35,977 nt of DNA from Octopus bimaculoides (lineage: Eukaryota): positions 149,827,685 to 149,863,661 of the forward strand of contig NC_068981.1 in the NCBI RefSeq assembly GCF_001194135.2, written 5' to 3'. The notes under the pieces are model-generated. The model was given only the letters and a program-made list of their open reading frames with translations. It was not told the origin of the DNA and did not search any database. Of the stretch, positions 23,211 through 35,277 are shown piece after piece (the first letter of the stretch is position 1; each line of letters opens with the position of its first letter). The translations under genes and the position numbers were made by a program.

Positions 23211-24545
23211 ATAATTTGGGACTTACTGCCTTACAATATTGGATCGAAAAACATAAAGAAGCGATTCCCAATAGATTTACCGTAACCTTCATACTAGACG
23301 CGGTACGCCTCATCCTCGAAAACCATACATTCCTTTACAACGTAAAAAACTACCTCCAATTTCGAGGCGCAACTATGGGGACACGATTTGCTCCAGGTTT
23401 CGCGAACTCAGTATTGAAGAGAACTACGGCACGACTTTAAAAGACACATAGAACACACATAGAAAAGATACCTCCATGATTGTTTCCTAATTAGGATCAA
23501 ATCCCTAGAAAATATGGAACAATTCAGCATCCTCCTCAACGATCTACACCCTAGTCTCAAATTCACAAGAGAAATGAGCAACACACAATTACCATTTGTT
23601 GACATAATGGTAATTAAAACAACGCCACAATTACACCAGATATTTATCACAAAAGCACAGATAGACACCAATTTCAAATCATGCCACCCGACACACACAA
23701 AACGCAACATCCCATAGTGTCTAGCCACGAAAATTTGTACTATAGTCGATGATCGAAATACCAGAGACATACGACTTATAGAACTCAAAGGATTTCTACT
23801 CTCAAGCAAAATTACCTTCTCCTACCTATAGAAAATAGCATACAACGAGCAAAAGAGATACCTATAGAGCAACTTAGGGCAATACGAAAAAGACGAACAC
23901 ATCAAAGGAACACAATATCATTTCTAGTAACACACAATCCGCATCAGCAACACATTTTTAACATCATGAAAACAAATTTGCCAATCATAAAATAAAGTGA
24001 AAAATTAAAGAATATAATAACTAATCAAACATTTATCTTAAGCAAAAGGCAACCACATTAACTAAAGAAACTATTAACAAAGTCAAAATTCAACATGAAC
24101 AAATAGGATAAAATATTCACACTATCCAAGTGTAATGATAACAGATATGGAACGTGTCAATACATGCATACTGGTAGATGTGGGATGTGTCAATACATGC
24201 ATGCTGGCATTAGAACAAAAAATGGACAGATTTTCACAAATGCTAATATGAACTGCAAAAACAGAAATTTGATCTACTGCATTAAGTGCCCGAATTGTGA
24301 GGAACTATATATAGGCGAGACAGGGAATGCATTATCGGAATGCTCACAAGTCCAAAGACAACAAATCCGGAACACCAACGTTCGCCAAATTCCATTGAGC
24401 GAAGATATAGAGGCATGTGGTCTGAAAATGTTTCTAATTTTTTCTTTCCACGAACTATATGACACAAGTGAGATTGGAAGAAAGATAAAAGAAAAACGGT
24501 TTATTAACCCTGTTCTGAACGGAAATGAGATAAAGACCAGTTAAT
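23205..24545 (+). mobile_element. 5'-truncated, inactivated Penelope-like retroelement (Neptune-like): RT + Cys linker + GIY-YIG endonuclease
   Basis: HNLGLTALQYW...LILENHTFLYNVKNYLQFRGATMGTRFAPGFAN (RT motif B) and *KRYLHDCF (YLDD mutated, 23469-23480). Then LNDLHPSLKFT..LPFVDI, SCHPTHTKRNIP, the linker KCNDNRYGTC, and NCKNRNLIYCIKCPNCEELYIGETG (~24269-24325). Multiple stops and frameshifts. Confidence 0.92.
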
Positions 24546-27231
24546 GATTTGGATTTTAAAATATCTCTAACATTTGAACATAAACAAATTACAGAATATC
24601 GGTACCCCTGGTAAACCGTGATGTTTAAAATGCATGCGGATTGGTACTAAAGTTGTCAAGAACTCAACTGTCAGTTAGACACATTTGAAATGTGATTATT
24701 ACTGTATACATGAAAGAGCTAATTTAACTTTATGAGCATCACAAAATATCCTTTTTTATGTTAAAATACCATAATAAAAACGTGAAAACCAGACCAATAA
24801 TACATCAGTTGAATAAAGTTAAAACGTGGTCTTTTTTTATCTCTGTTTCAATTCATTTGAGCACTTCCTTTTTACAGTCTTATGAACTCTTTGTCTCCGT
24901 AAAAAGAGGCAAAAAGTATTTCTTGTTGTATATACATACATACACAGAGAAATAATTCACAGAATAATAATTTGCGAAAATACCATTGACTCTGTTATTA
25001 TCTAGTGTAACAATTTAAAAATGATACTGACAAAATCAAGAATATAGGTGGCTGCAGGCCCCCACAAAAGCATCAAATAGCTAAAGGATTAAAATTAATC
25101 AAAGCATGTGTACCTGCTGGAAATAACAGTCAAAAATCACCAAAGAACACTGATAATGACTACAGAAATCAACCGTCCGAAGCAATCTATCAACATTAAA
25201 ATATTTGGGCTCACGTGAACCGGTTTCTGGACGGGCATGATAACAGAATCAATAATATCGGCGATTGCTGAAAGATTGTCTTGCCCCGTTTTTATATTTA
25301 TATACATGTGTGTTTATATACTAATATATAAATACATATTTGCTTTTAAATAAACATGTATGTGCATATAAATAAATAAGACACACACACACACACATAT
25401 AAAAAACACACACAAATGTATTGTGTTTAAACGTTATCGCCAAATTTGTTTTTTTCTTATCTCTCAGGCCGATAAAAGTTTCTGACAATTTACTAGGATC
25501 AATTCGACCGATTATACTTGTTCCCTCCCAAAGCAATTGTGATTTAGTCCACGACTCAAATGATTTCTTTCTGCATTTAGTTGTTTGGTATATCATATTG
25601 TAGGGAAATGAAGTGAGTAAAAAGAAATGCAGAGAAAACGATCAAATACTGTAATGTACACGAAATAGTACGTGGATTGCACCAGAGACATGATTAGATT
25701 ATCAATTGTCGCCATGTTATTTATCTTACACCAACATTTCCGTTGGAAAAAAATATGTAAATTGGTTTTCAACTCTAGAGTTGCTCTCAACGAATCAATT
25801 CATTTGCAGATGTTGCATTGTGTTCATGACTAAGAAATTTGACATACTCTAGCCCGATCAATCTAGATGCAAATGCTTGCCATCAGTTGGTAAATTTCTC
25901 CGCTAAAAATAAGCGCGAACATTGTATAATTAAGGTCTATTAAGTTACCTTCTAAGTTACCCTGCTGTGAATTAGATATCACGTGTTGCTTATCTCAATG
26001 TGTTCAATATCTCCCATTATTATAACTGGGAAGCTGATTGTTCCTAACTGCCAGCCTTAATAGAGATATTTTTCATGTAATACTACAATAACAAAGGAAG
26101 TTGCAGTCCACCTTCTTTTCTATCAAAAGGCTGTTCAATTTTTTTTTGTTTTTTTTTTTAAATGTATATAATTAACATCTGACGTTCATGAAGCAGTAGG
26201 CTTCTTCTCGGCAGTCATTGTGATTAGATGCATGAGGAATTATCAAATGGAGTAGGAATGTTCTTTCGTTTAGTAACTAGTATATTGATTTGTGTGATAA
26301 TAAATTCCGTGTATTAATTTTATATTCCAAAAATAAAGCTTTATCTATTCCATAAGTAATGAAATAATAACTGATGAATATATATGAATGACAGGGGCAC
26401 ATTTCAAAAATTCGGAACAGAAACATTTGAAACTTGTTTCTAAGTGAACTTTCTAAACAAAGAAATACGTTTGTTCACTAGATGTAGGAAACATGTTACT
26501 TTTCGAATATCACTCAAAGTTCGCGACCATTGTTCATTGTTGATATTGTAATATTAGACTAGTTTGTTGTCACATTAGTTAGACTCGGAGATTTATATTA
26601 TTAAAAAAAAAAACCCATTAAATCGTTTTAACATTATCTTCTCAGTACATTTTTAAATATGCCGTGTAGGGTACAGAATCCCACTCTAAAACAGAAAGTT
26701 TAAAACAAATTTAATGGTTTGGTTACATTAAACATTAAAATCGAACTGCTGGAACCCAGTTAAAATAATGAAAGAATATATTAATCGTAGAAGAGTTATT
26801 GGCTAGAAGCTGTTTTAGGTAAAATGCATTAGCACTCCATATTTGAAAGAACTGAATAAAACCACTCCAAAGTAGAAGAATTATTCTATATTAAGAATTA
26901 ATACATGAACATTCAATTTATTAATTCATTTGAAAAATTTATAAATGATATTCCAAGAATTATATTGTTTCTATGAACTATAAAAATTGTCGGAAAGACG
27001 CTAAAAATTGTTTTCAGAAAATTTTCAACTCCAACGCGTTCATTAACCTCTCTATAAGGATTAGCATAATTGATCGGCCGATAGCTGTTCATTTTGCAGA
27101 CATGTGAGTTAAGAACATGTATCATGTTTATAACGAATGTGTTTCGTTGCCCTTCTTTAACTCTGAAATAAAATGACAACCGCTTTTTATTGAAAGGGAA
27201 ACTATTAGCTATGAATGCTTGAACATACAAA

Positions 27232-28180
27232 TGAGGTACATCAGAAAAGAAACAGATCTTGGGTCACGAAAGAATTTATGTCAAATCCAAAATACAAGCT
27301 ACAAGTTTTCACTTCGAAGCAATCCCCCTCGAGACTAACGCATTTTCCTATCCGTCTTCGCCACGCCACGATGCTCTGTCGGAAGGATTCTCCTGGGATT
27401 GTCAGCAGCACCGTCCTTACGACCCTCTTCGTGGCTTCCACGCCAGGAAAACGGCACCCTTTAATGACCCTTGAACTTGAAGGTGAAGAAAAAATTACAC
27501 GGCACTTAGTCGGGTGATTGGGAAGGTTCTTCCAGCACGGTATTGTTCTTATCAACAAGTAACTCCGGCTGCTCAGGGCGTTGTGAGCCGTCGTGTTGTA
27601 GCGAAGTAGCCATGAGTTGTCCTCCATAATTCTAGCCTTTCTCGCACAGATGCCACAGGATCTCTTTGTAGACATGGCGCAACAACTGTTGCAGGACTTC
27701 TGTAGATACCCTGGTTGATCGTCTGGCTTCGTACGATTCCCCTTACATCGAAGAACGCTATCGACGTTGGTTTCAGTCCTACTGATGGAAGGCTTTCTGT
27801 TCCTTGAGTCTCTTCAACGTCTGTACCCCCCCCCCACTTTAAACCTATTGTACCACTCGAAAATTTGTGAGCACGTCATCATCTTATCTCCGTACATTTT
27901 TTGCAGTAGTTCGAGTGCGTCTGATGGAATTTTCCCCAGCTGGACTAGAAACTGCAGGTTGGTACGTTGCTCCGAACCCATCACTTGACGGCCTAAAATC
28001 GAGGAGCTGTTAACAAAAACACAAGGACAAACATACAATGGCTGTAGAGAGGAGAGATCGCAGTTATATACTCACCGGACATTACGTCACACATTGATGC
28101 AACCCTTTAATCCATATCCCACGCTTGGCTCACTGGCTCACACAACACACTAAGTCCAGCTAATTTTCTGACACAGCTCG
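27232..28180 (-). mobile_element. Internally deleted mariner (Tc1/mariner) transposon with degenerate TIRs
   Basis: N-terminus EQRTNLQFLVQLGKIPSDALELLQKMYGDKMMTCSQIFEWYNRFK is joined to IAFFDVRGIV..NSWLLRYNTTAHNALS..IKGCRFPGVEATK..AWRRRIGKCVSLEGDCFE. The WVPHEL and first catalytic D region is missing. Ends are TA-cgagctgtgtcagaaaatt (28180 side) and tgaggtacatcagaaaaga (27232 side). Confidence 0.9.
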
Positions 28181-28284
28181 TATGAACCACCAATTTAAAT
28201 TGCATTTTTCGGGTATATACAGAGGCACAACACACGTACGCGCGCACGCATATTTAGACGTGGCTGAGTTGTTAAGATCCGTAT

Positions 28285-28531
28285 AGCTCGATAAGGAGTT
28301 CTGCAAACCCTGATGGAACGAAATCCTATCGTAAATGTTGAGGAACTAGCAAAGAGACTTGAATTTCATCATTCAACCATTCATCGTCACCTGCGTGCCA
28401 TCGGAAAAGTCATCAAATTGGATCAATGGGTTTGTCACAAACATTCCGAGACTAATCGCGCGCAGAGAGTGAATGTTTGCTCTTTGCTGTCACGTCTCAT
28501 GAATGAATCTCTTTTGAATAGAATAGTCACT
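28285..28531 (+). mobile_element. Mariner transposase internal fragment (Mos1/Hsmar1-like lineage)
   Basis: MERNPIVNVEELAKRLEFHHSTIHRHLRAIGKVIKLDQWVCHKHSETNRAQRVNVCSLLSRLMNESLLNRIVT corresponds to HTH2, the WVPHEL motif and the lead-in to TGDEKW, where it breaks off. Confidence 0.88.
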
Positions 28532-29025
28532 TTGAGAACACTAGTTCTTTTGTCACAATGTTGTCTGCTCTTTCAGTTGAGATGACCAGTCTCTCGGCTG
28601 TCTGATGACATGATATTCGGCGATCTTGCATTATCATACCAAGAACAAAGTCAAGGTTGTCTCCCTGGATTTGGATCATCTTCCAAACTTTCCCTGCCAC
28701 TCTTTAATTCATTTACCCAACGTTTGGCTGTTGCATAGGAAGGAGGATTGTCTGTTAAGGTTCTCACCATATCTTCATGGATTTCTGATGGAGTCATGCC
28801 TTTCAAATGAAGGTACTTTATGACAGCACGATACTCAGCTTTCTCCATTTTCCTCGTAAATTCGAAGCTTGTTTATTCAGAAACGTGCAACAAAAAATTA
28901 AAATATCAGTATCATGAAAATAAACAAGAATACTCCGAAAAGATTGTACTTACCAGAAAAAATTGTTTCAACTATATAGCAGCCCCGATTCTAGGTTAGG
29001 CTCAAAACATTTTAGACACCCCTCG
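28530..29025 (-). mobile_element. 5' part of an irritans-like mariner with left TIR
   Basis: TA (29026-27) then cgaggggtgtctaaaatgttttgagcc as TIR. ORF MEKAEYRAVIKYLHLKGMTPSEIHEDMVRTLTDNPPSYATAKRWVNELKSGRESLEDDPNPGR, then in a shifted frame ISTERADNIVTKELVFSK. Truncated just before the WVPR motif. Confidence 0.9.
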
Positions 29026-29639
29026 TATGTGATACTGCTGATGACTCAATAAAAGTCTGGATGATATCTTACCAATAATTGCATGTAAGGAAATACCATG
29101 AAAATTACTACAGTTTAAGTTAACACTATTTTCGTTTACAGCAATATTAGTATTGTATCTCTCGAATGTTATGGAAGTGAGAAATCATTTCCCACGTTGA
29201 GAATCAATGTGTTAACAAGACTAGCCATTATATCCACGTGCTTGATAAACGGGTGGAATGCAATCATTTTCTAGTGTCATCATTTTCTAAGTAATAGTAA
29301 GACTCTGTTGCATCTAATTATCTTATATCTATTTCTCAATCATGCACTCAGTTGAACTCGATTATCACATTTTGAGAAAATTAAGAACACCGGGTTTCTT
29401 GGCACGTTACTTTCAGCCGAATCCTACAGCTATTCCTCTGATAAACGTATATACTATTTTTCGCATGGTTTCTGTTTGTTTATCACTTGCAGCATACATA
29501 CAACAGGTTGTACGTTGGCTAACTGAGATTTTCCTTCTATAGTATTTGTGTATAAAACCACCTTGTTATAATAACATGGGTAAAGTTAGAAATCATTTTG
29601 AGTGCCTTAGTGCCATTTAAATATATTTCTCGATTGTGC

Positions 29640-30665
29640 TATACAGTCTATTGACCTGTATAGCACAATCGGTTTGAAAACTAAAGACCCAAAGAACGGT
29701 GATATATTTAATTTCTACTACTTTTGTAGGCTTATGTTCCCAATAGTTCTTCTCATATGGGAATTCAGACTTGTAGCATATGATATATTGTAAATACTGG
29801 CTAAGTCTGTTACGGTGATTAATATATTCATTTGAAGCTAGCATAGAACATCCAAGAAGGAGGTGGTCAATTGTTTCCCTGACTGTACTTGAAAAGAGGC
29901 AGGCAAGATCGGTAACGTAGTTAAGAATGCTTGCTCAGTAGATTCTTGTGGAAAGAAACCACAACAAAGAAGCCATCTGTTTCTAATTTAAGTCCAGATG
30001 CAACCAACAACTGATGGGTAATATTTGTATCTATATCAGGATCGGTGTTACTTGTAGGTATTTGCCATGCAATGCCTTGCTTATCCATTAGTTCGCACCA
30101 TCCATTCGAGCTTCGGGATTTCATTTGACTTGGCTTGTATATTTATCTCTTTTGCTCTCACAGTTGGTTCTTCTGCTCCATCTCACTGTGTCTCAATCTC
30201 GTTGATCCTCCTTAATTCCTGTACATACTTCTTTGCTTCTTGTGATACTGAGTACATTTGCTTTCCATTCATGTTTGCAGGCAAGTGTCAACATCCAGTC
30301 ATTATTGTCTTTTTGAATAACCACTATATCAATAGGTGTTGTCTTTAAAGACAACTGTAGCTGCATCAGTTGATGTCCTGTATTCTTTTGTGTTTTGGAT
30401 ATATAGTCTTCCTTTTGGTGATGTATACAGTGCATACTGAGGAGCTTGTGCCTAATTTTGTATAAGTTTTACTGATCGCACTGATGGAAAATCTTTTAAT
30501 GGTAAAACTGTAGATCACAATATGTTCAGTTAAGGTATTGATTGCATCATCCTGTTTCTCACATTAAGTTCGCTTCTTAAGGTGGCTCTAACCCTATAGT
30601 TACATGCTGTGGTGCCGTGCATTTGTGGGTGATAGATGTCCTACCTTTCACATACACCTTGTAAT
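29640..30665 (-). mobile_element. R4/Dong-clade (restriction-like endonuclease) non-LTR retrotransposon internal fragment, decayed
   Basis: Collinear pieces: YRVRATLRSELNVRNR, IVIYSF, LMQLQLSLKTTPI..DWMLTLACKHE, PDIDTNITHQLLVASGLKLETDGF, ETIDHLLLGCSMLASNEYINHR (CCHC knuckle region) and YWEHKPTKVVE..TVLWVFSFQTDCAIQVNR (RLE lead-in, NRPD). Confidence 0.88.
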
Positions 30666-32004
30666 TTTGTAATTTTGTAATTTTGTTTTTCAGGATGTAA
30701 TTCGTAAATGAAATCTTTCGCAGTACAGATGCAACATCGATTTTCAGCAACCTTTGGTTTCAGAACTTCTCCAGATTCCTATTTCACCGAATATGGTGTA
30801 GTTATTTTGGCTTAACATACTCCAATCTAAGCAAAAGTCTTACGCTCGCTAATTTCATCCTCATATTGACTAAATGTATGCTCTCTTTGAAAACCAGAGA
30901 ATTCTTTTGCTACTGGGGTTCGTAGAAGAGCTAGTTACTACAAAGAACGAATACACTGTAATCTGAAATGGAAACTAATAATACATTAACTAGTATGAAA
31001 AACCAGGCAGTATATGCAAGGATGAAACGGTATAATGAGGGGAGTCAATTTGCTTTTGGAATGTCTGTTTAGACATAAGACACATAATTGTCGATATTCT
31101 TGTATCTCCGAGATAAACCCCAATTGTGTCGTACTATCACAACATTTTCAGTAGATGTAAATCAGGATATGGTTAAACATGTCCGGTTTTCTGTGGATTG
31201 CAGAATATTTGGCAGCTATTTCTATAGATCAAGTAACGAGATAGAAGCTGCCTCATTGGCTTCAATTAGCACCTTGAGAAACTTCAGTTGTAACACCATT
31301 CGAAATAAATATATTTAGTTTAACTGAAATTACCCTACATAAGGTAAAACGTAAGCTTAGATGACGATCATTGCAGCAGATGGGGATTCTGTTTCATTTC
31401 TCTAAGTGTTATATCGCGTCATTAGAGTTGTTAGCTTTCTTGAGAAACATTTTAGCATCAAATTTGCTGCCCACAAACTCTCAGACATTTTGTCTTTGGA
31501 ACAAATTCTTTCGTCAGTATAATTCTCCTCACTACACGAAAGGCATAAAAACATAAATAAAAGAACTAAAATTTAAAAAAAAAACATACATAAATATGGA
31601 AATTGTAGACATGTCTGAACATATAAATGGAAGTGTACGTCGAAGGATAATGAAAACAAACGCTAAAGAAAAATATACAAGAATAAAGTCGTCTTGTCAC
31701 AACAAATTATCGTGTTATTACAGAATTGTAATGGGCTTGCTGAAGGAATGAAAATATATTTAGATTTAGAAAAGTGACAGTGACAGCACAGAAGAGAGAA
31801 TCAATATGTGACCAGACCTTCAGTGAAGTACTGTCCTGAGAAGCTATATTATGGAATCGGTTGGACAACAATGTAGAATTAAAGTGTAATTCCTGAGATA
31901 TCCTGTAATAAACAATTAATAGATAACTTAATTTGTCGATGATATATATTTTTGAATAATTTCAACAAAACGAGAATGAAAAATATACAGGAAGAAGCAA
32001 AATA

Positions 32005-32007
32005 ATG

Positions 32008-32079
<72 letters not shown>
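32005..32079. repeat. (AAT)n microsatellite
   Basis: Direct reading. Confidence 0.97.
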
Positions 32080-32194
32080 GTTTTTCTTTTCTTTTTATAA
32101 GTTTTACTGTAGCTTACAGGTTTTGTAATTGTGTAGTTAGTATATATTGGCATGTGCTTACCCCCTTATTTAAAAAACAAATTTCATGCATTTA

Positions 32195-32600
32195 AATGCG
32201 TTGTTGAAATAAAAGGCATGTTTACATATTCGGGTAGTCAGGGAGAAAAGAAAAGCGAAACTTTCACACACAATTTTAGATACTAAAATTTTAAAACTTT
32301 CTAGAGATGTTCGTTTGTATATCCGATCAGAAAAGTCTGTAATGTTTTTGCAATAAAAAGGTTGTTTACATTTTTCAAGAATCAGGGAGAAAGGAAAGAA
32401 AAGAAAAGGAGGGTAGAATTTTCACAGAATATTGTAGATATTAAAGTTGATCTTTTGTATGTCCGAACAGAGAAAACTGTAGTGTTCTTAGAATAAAAAG
32501 GATGTTTACATTTTCGAATCTTCGGAGAAAAAGGAAAGAATAAGTATTCACAGAAGTTGTAGATCAAAGCTTGCGTTTCTGTGTTCGAAAACCGTAGATA
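32195..32600 (+). repeat. Diverged tandem repeat, ~140-144-bp period, ~2.8 copies
   Basis: Anchor aataaaa(a)gg-tgtttaca at ~32208, 32352 and 32492. The following ggagaaa, ttcaca and tagat motifs also recur in register. Confidence 0.75.
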
Positions 32601-32664
32601 TGTAAGTTTCTAATCTTATTTTGAGGGAAATTTAATGTACTCACAGGAAATTCAGAAATTCAAA

Positions 32665-33200
32665 CATTCAACGAAGTGATTCCATTTTGCCCTTTCTCTC
32701 TTCCTCCTATACATCAATGACTCATTTGTCACCACCTCCAGTGATGTCTACTTTTAAGCAGATAATGCGTTCCTTCATTCCCAGACTATGCATCAACCAC
32801 ATGCAAATTTACAGTGTTTCCATAAGCAAGGTCGTCTAGAGCATCTTCAACTGAGGCGATGCCAACTTAATCTGTTCTAACAGCAATAAAACGCAGACAC
32901 TACTAATATAAAGAAAACACCACTGCAACGTACTGTTCCTAAATAAATGACCGTCAGCTAGAACTCAGTTACTGGTCTCCCTATTACCAAGGATTTCACA
33001 TAGTAAAAGTATATCATTAGCATAGCTAGGACCAGGGCTGATATTCTACAAGACACATGTGAAGCCAACAATTGTGTGCTGCGCCCTTCTCGGTAATGCC
33101 TGGATCGCATCCAGAACACATCCACTCAACTGATTAGCATTCTGCAACTAACGGCCACACAGGCTCTAGAATACCGGCAGATTATGTTCTCTCTAAATGG
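32665..33200 (+). mobile_element. CR1-group (L2/Crack-like) LINE reverse-transcriptase fragment, decayed
   Basis: LFLLYINDSFVTTSSDVYF*ADNAFLHS (YADD remnant), IFN*GDANLICSNSNKTQTLLI, GLPITKDFT**KYIISIART and CLDRIQNTSTQLI. Confidence 0.85.
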
Positions 33201-33714
33201 CACGCCTCCTATAGATTTAGCAAGCCATAAGAAACTTAACTTTTCAGTCTTTCTAGTTTTTATGATTACTTCTAAATGAATAGCCACTTTCTTCAGCATG
33301 CTTTCTTTATATGTAAATAATATTCTGTTTAGCATCACTCCTTCACAAATAGTCATCTATTTTCCCATGCAGTTGTCTCTCCATCTATCTCTTTCTCGGT
33401 TTATTCCTCCCATTCTAATTCTTATTGTTTATTTACTACTTTCACTTCTGTCTCTCTTCAGTAAAGTCTGTTAGTTTTTCACTATCTTGGTAAGTGGCTC
33501 GATCTCACTTCCAATTTTTAACTGAAACCTTCGAATGTTTTGTTATTTTCGAAAGTTAGTGATGAGCACACACACGCACGCGCACACACACATACTCACT
33601 CACACACACACATACACGATACTCACTCACACACAGCTGCTAAATAAAACACGTAGCTTTGAGGACTGCATCCGATAATGCGCATGCTTAAAATGTTAAA
33701 AATCTACCAAATCT

Positions 33715-34800
33715 CAAATATGAAAATATTTATGTAAACTATTTTTTTCTTGAACAGGAAATGAAGAGCACCGCTGTGTTTGGTATGCGATTATAAAATG
33801 ACAAACGAATATACAGCTCCTAGCACTTTGAATAAACATTTCAAAACTAAACACTTCCATCTTCAAAGAAAAATATCAAATTATTTTAAAAGCTTGTCNN
33901 NNNNNNNNNNNNNNNNNNNNTTTTAAACATATATTAACTGTCTCCGAAAAGGCTCAAATTATTTCTTATGAAATCTCTGAAATAGTTGCGCAATATATGA
34001 ACTTTCATACAATAGCAGAAGCAATTATTTTGCTTGCATGCAGAAAGCCTATTCAGACAAAGCTATAAGATAGAGCAGCAGATGAAATAAGTAAAGCTTC
34101 CCTATTGAATAACAGAGCGTAGGCACATTTTTGAATTACTTGTTGATACCGTGGTAAATGATAAGTTTCAACATTAATTTTTGCTTTGCAATTTGATGAG
34201 TCAATATACCAGCTATTGGTATTCATTCATTTTATTGATTAAAAACAAGTAGTAAACTGATTTTTTTTTGTAAAAATGTTAGATTATAGAAAAGGTCAAG
34301 ACATCTTTCATATTTTAAACCACTACCAAGGAAAATCGAACTATCATGGAAGCTATTCACTGGCTTTTGCATCAATGCATCTCTTTGTATCACCAAGTTT
34401 ATGAAAGGCCTTACAAGATATATAGTAAAGCAAAATCTGTATATTACACTTCACTGCTTTCTTCGTACGTAACCCTTGAATACTTTGACAATTGAATTGA
34501 ATTAGTTTTACATCATGTTGTCAAGATGTGAATTTTATTTGCAAACAGGAAAAAAAAAATACATAGACAGAGATTTGAAATAGTCATATTTTTACACATT
34601 AGTGACATCGAAAAGGTGCTTCCCAAAATTGATTAAAACATTTCTTCAATAATTAAATCAAAAGCACTATTGCGAATTTCGTTTATGTCCATTTTATATT
34701 TCTAGCCTGAATGTTGAATAACCATATTTCAGCAACTTACCCGAACTGATGTAGGCTAAGCAAATTGAAAATATTCCAAAATCTACAAATTAACTATATA
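33715..34800 (+). mobile_element. hAT transposase relic (Buster/Charlie-like, BED finger + catalytic N-part), with a small gap at 33899-33920
   Basis: TGNEEHRCV..MTNEYTAPSTLNKHFKTKH (BED remnant), TVSEKAQIISYEISEIVAQYMNFHTIAEAIILLAC, AADEISK, FALQFDES (first catalytic D) and HCFLR (HCxxH motif). Confidence 0.87.
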
Positions 34801-35109
34801 ACTTTGAGAAGAAAAGTCAAGAAATAAGATTTTTAAATATTTCCTTTAGTAAGTAAAACTCATATAAATGAAATGGTTCCTATTTGAGAAGGCTTGAAGA
34901 GAAGCTGAGAGATTCTCTTTTATTTCCATAATTACACACAGAAGAATATGAGAATTAAAACTTTATTTTGGTATGAAATATGAAGAAAAATTGGTTTCTG
35001 TTTATGGTAATTGTGGGCATAAAATCGGAAAGTAAAGAACTGTCGGTTGAGCAGATTTTGTTTTCCGTCAATATGGATCGTTATTCATTAGTTAAAGAAA
35101 ACTAGTCTA

Positions 35110-35257
35110 TTTTGCATTATTTACATTGGACGGATATTTCTCCTCATCTTGTTTGTTGTTAACACAGCGTTTCGGCTGATATACCCTCCAGCCTTCATCA
35201 GGTATCTTGGGGAAATTTCGAACCTGGTTTCTCATTCCTAGGGCATTTTTCGAAGTT
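35110..35257 (-). mobile_element. Short hammerhead-bearing repeat module (family D; PLE pseudo-LTR-like)
   Basis: GC-richer module following (AAT)n on the minus strand and containing the hammerhead fold at 35161-35206. Only one copy is in this window, so its repeat status rests on my recollection of a similar octopus repeat. Confidence 0.55.
35161..35206 (-). ncRNA. Minimal type-I hammerhead ribozyme motif, probably inactivated (U16.1 to C)
   Basis: gatac-CTGATGA-A-GGCTG-gagggtatat-CAGCC-GAAAC-GC-T-gtgtt. It has a canonical CUGAUGA/GAAA core, 5-bp stem II and 5-bp stem I (two G-U). The cleavage triplet reads GCU instead of GUH. Confidence 0.7.
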
Positions 35258-35277
35258 GTTATTATTATTATTATTAT

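Noticed and set aside
31152-31232. Possible 81-nt symmetric exon (ttttcag ... CAA|gtaacg), peptide DVNQDMVKHVRFSVDCRIFGSYFYRS
   Set aside because: No recognisable homology and no partner exons. Such site pairs arise by chance in AT-rich DNA, so RNA-seq would be needed.
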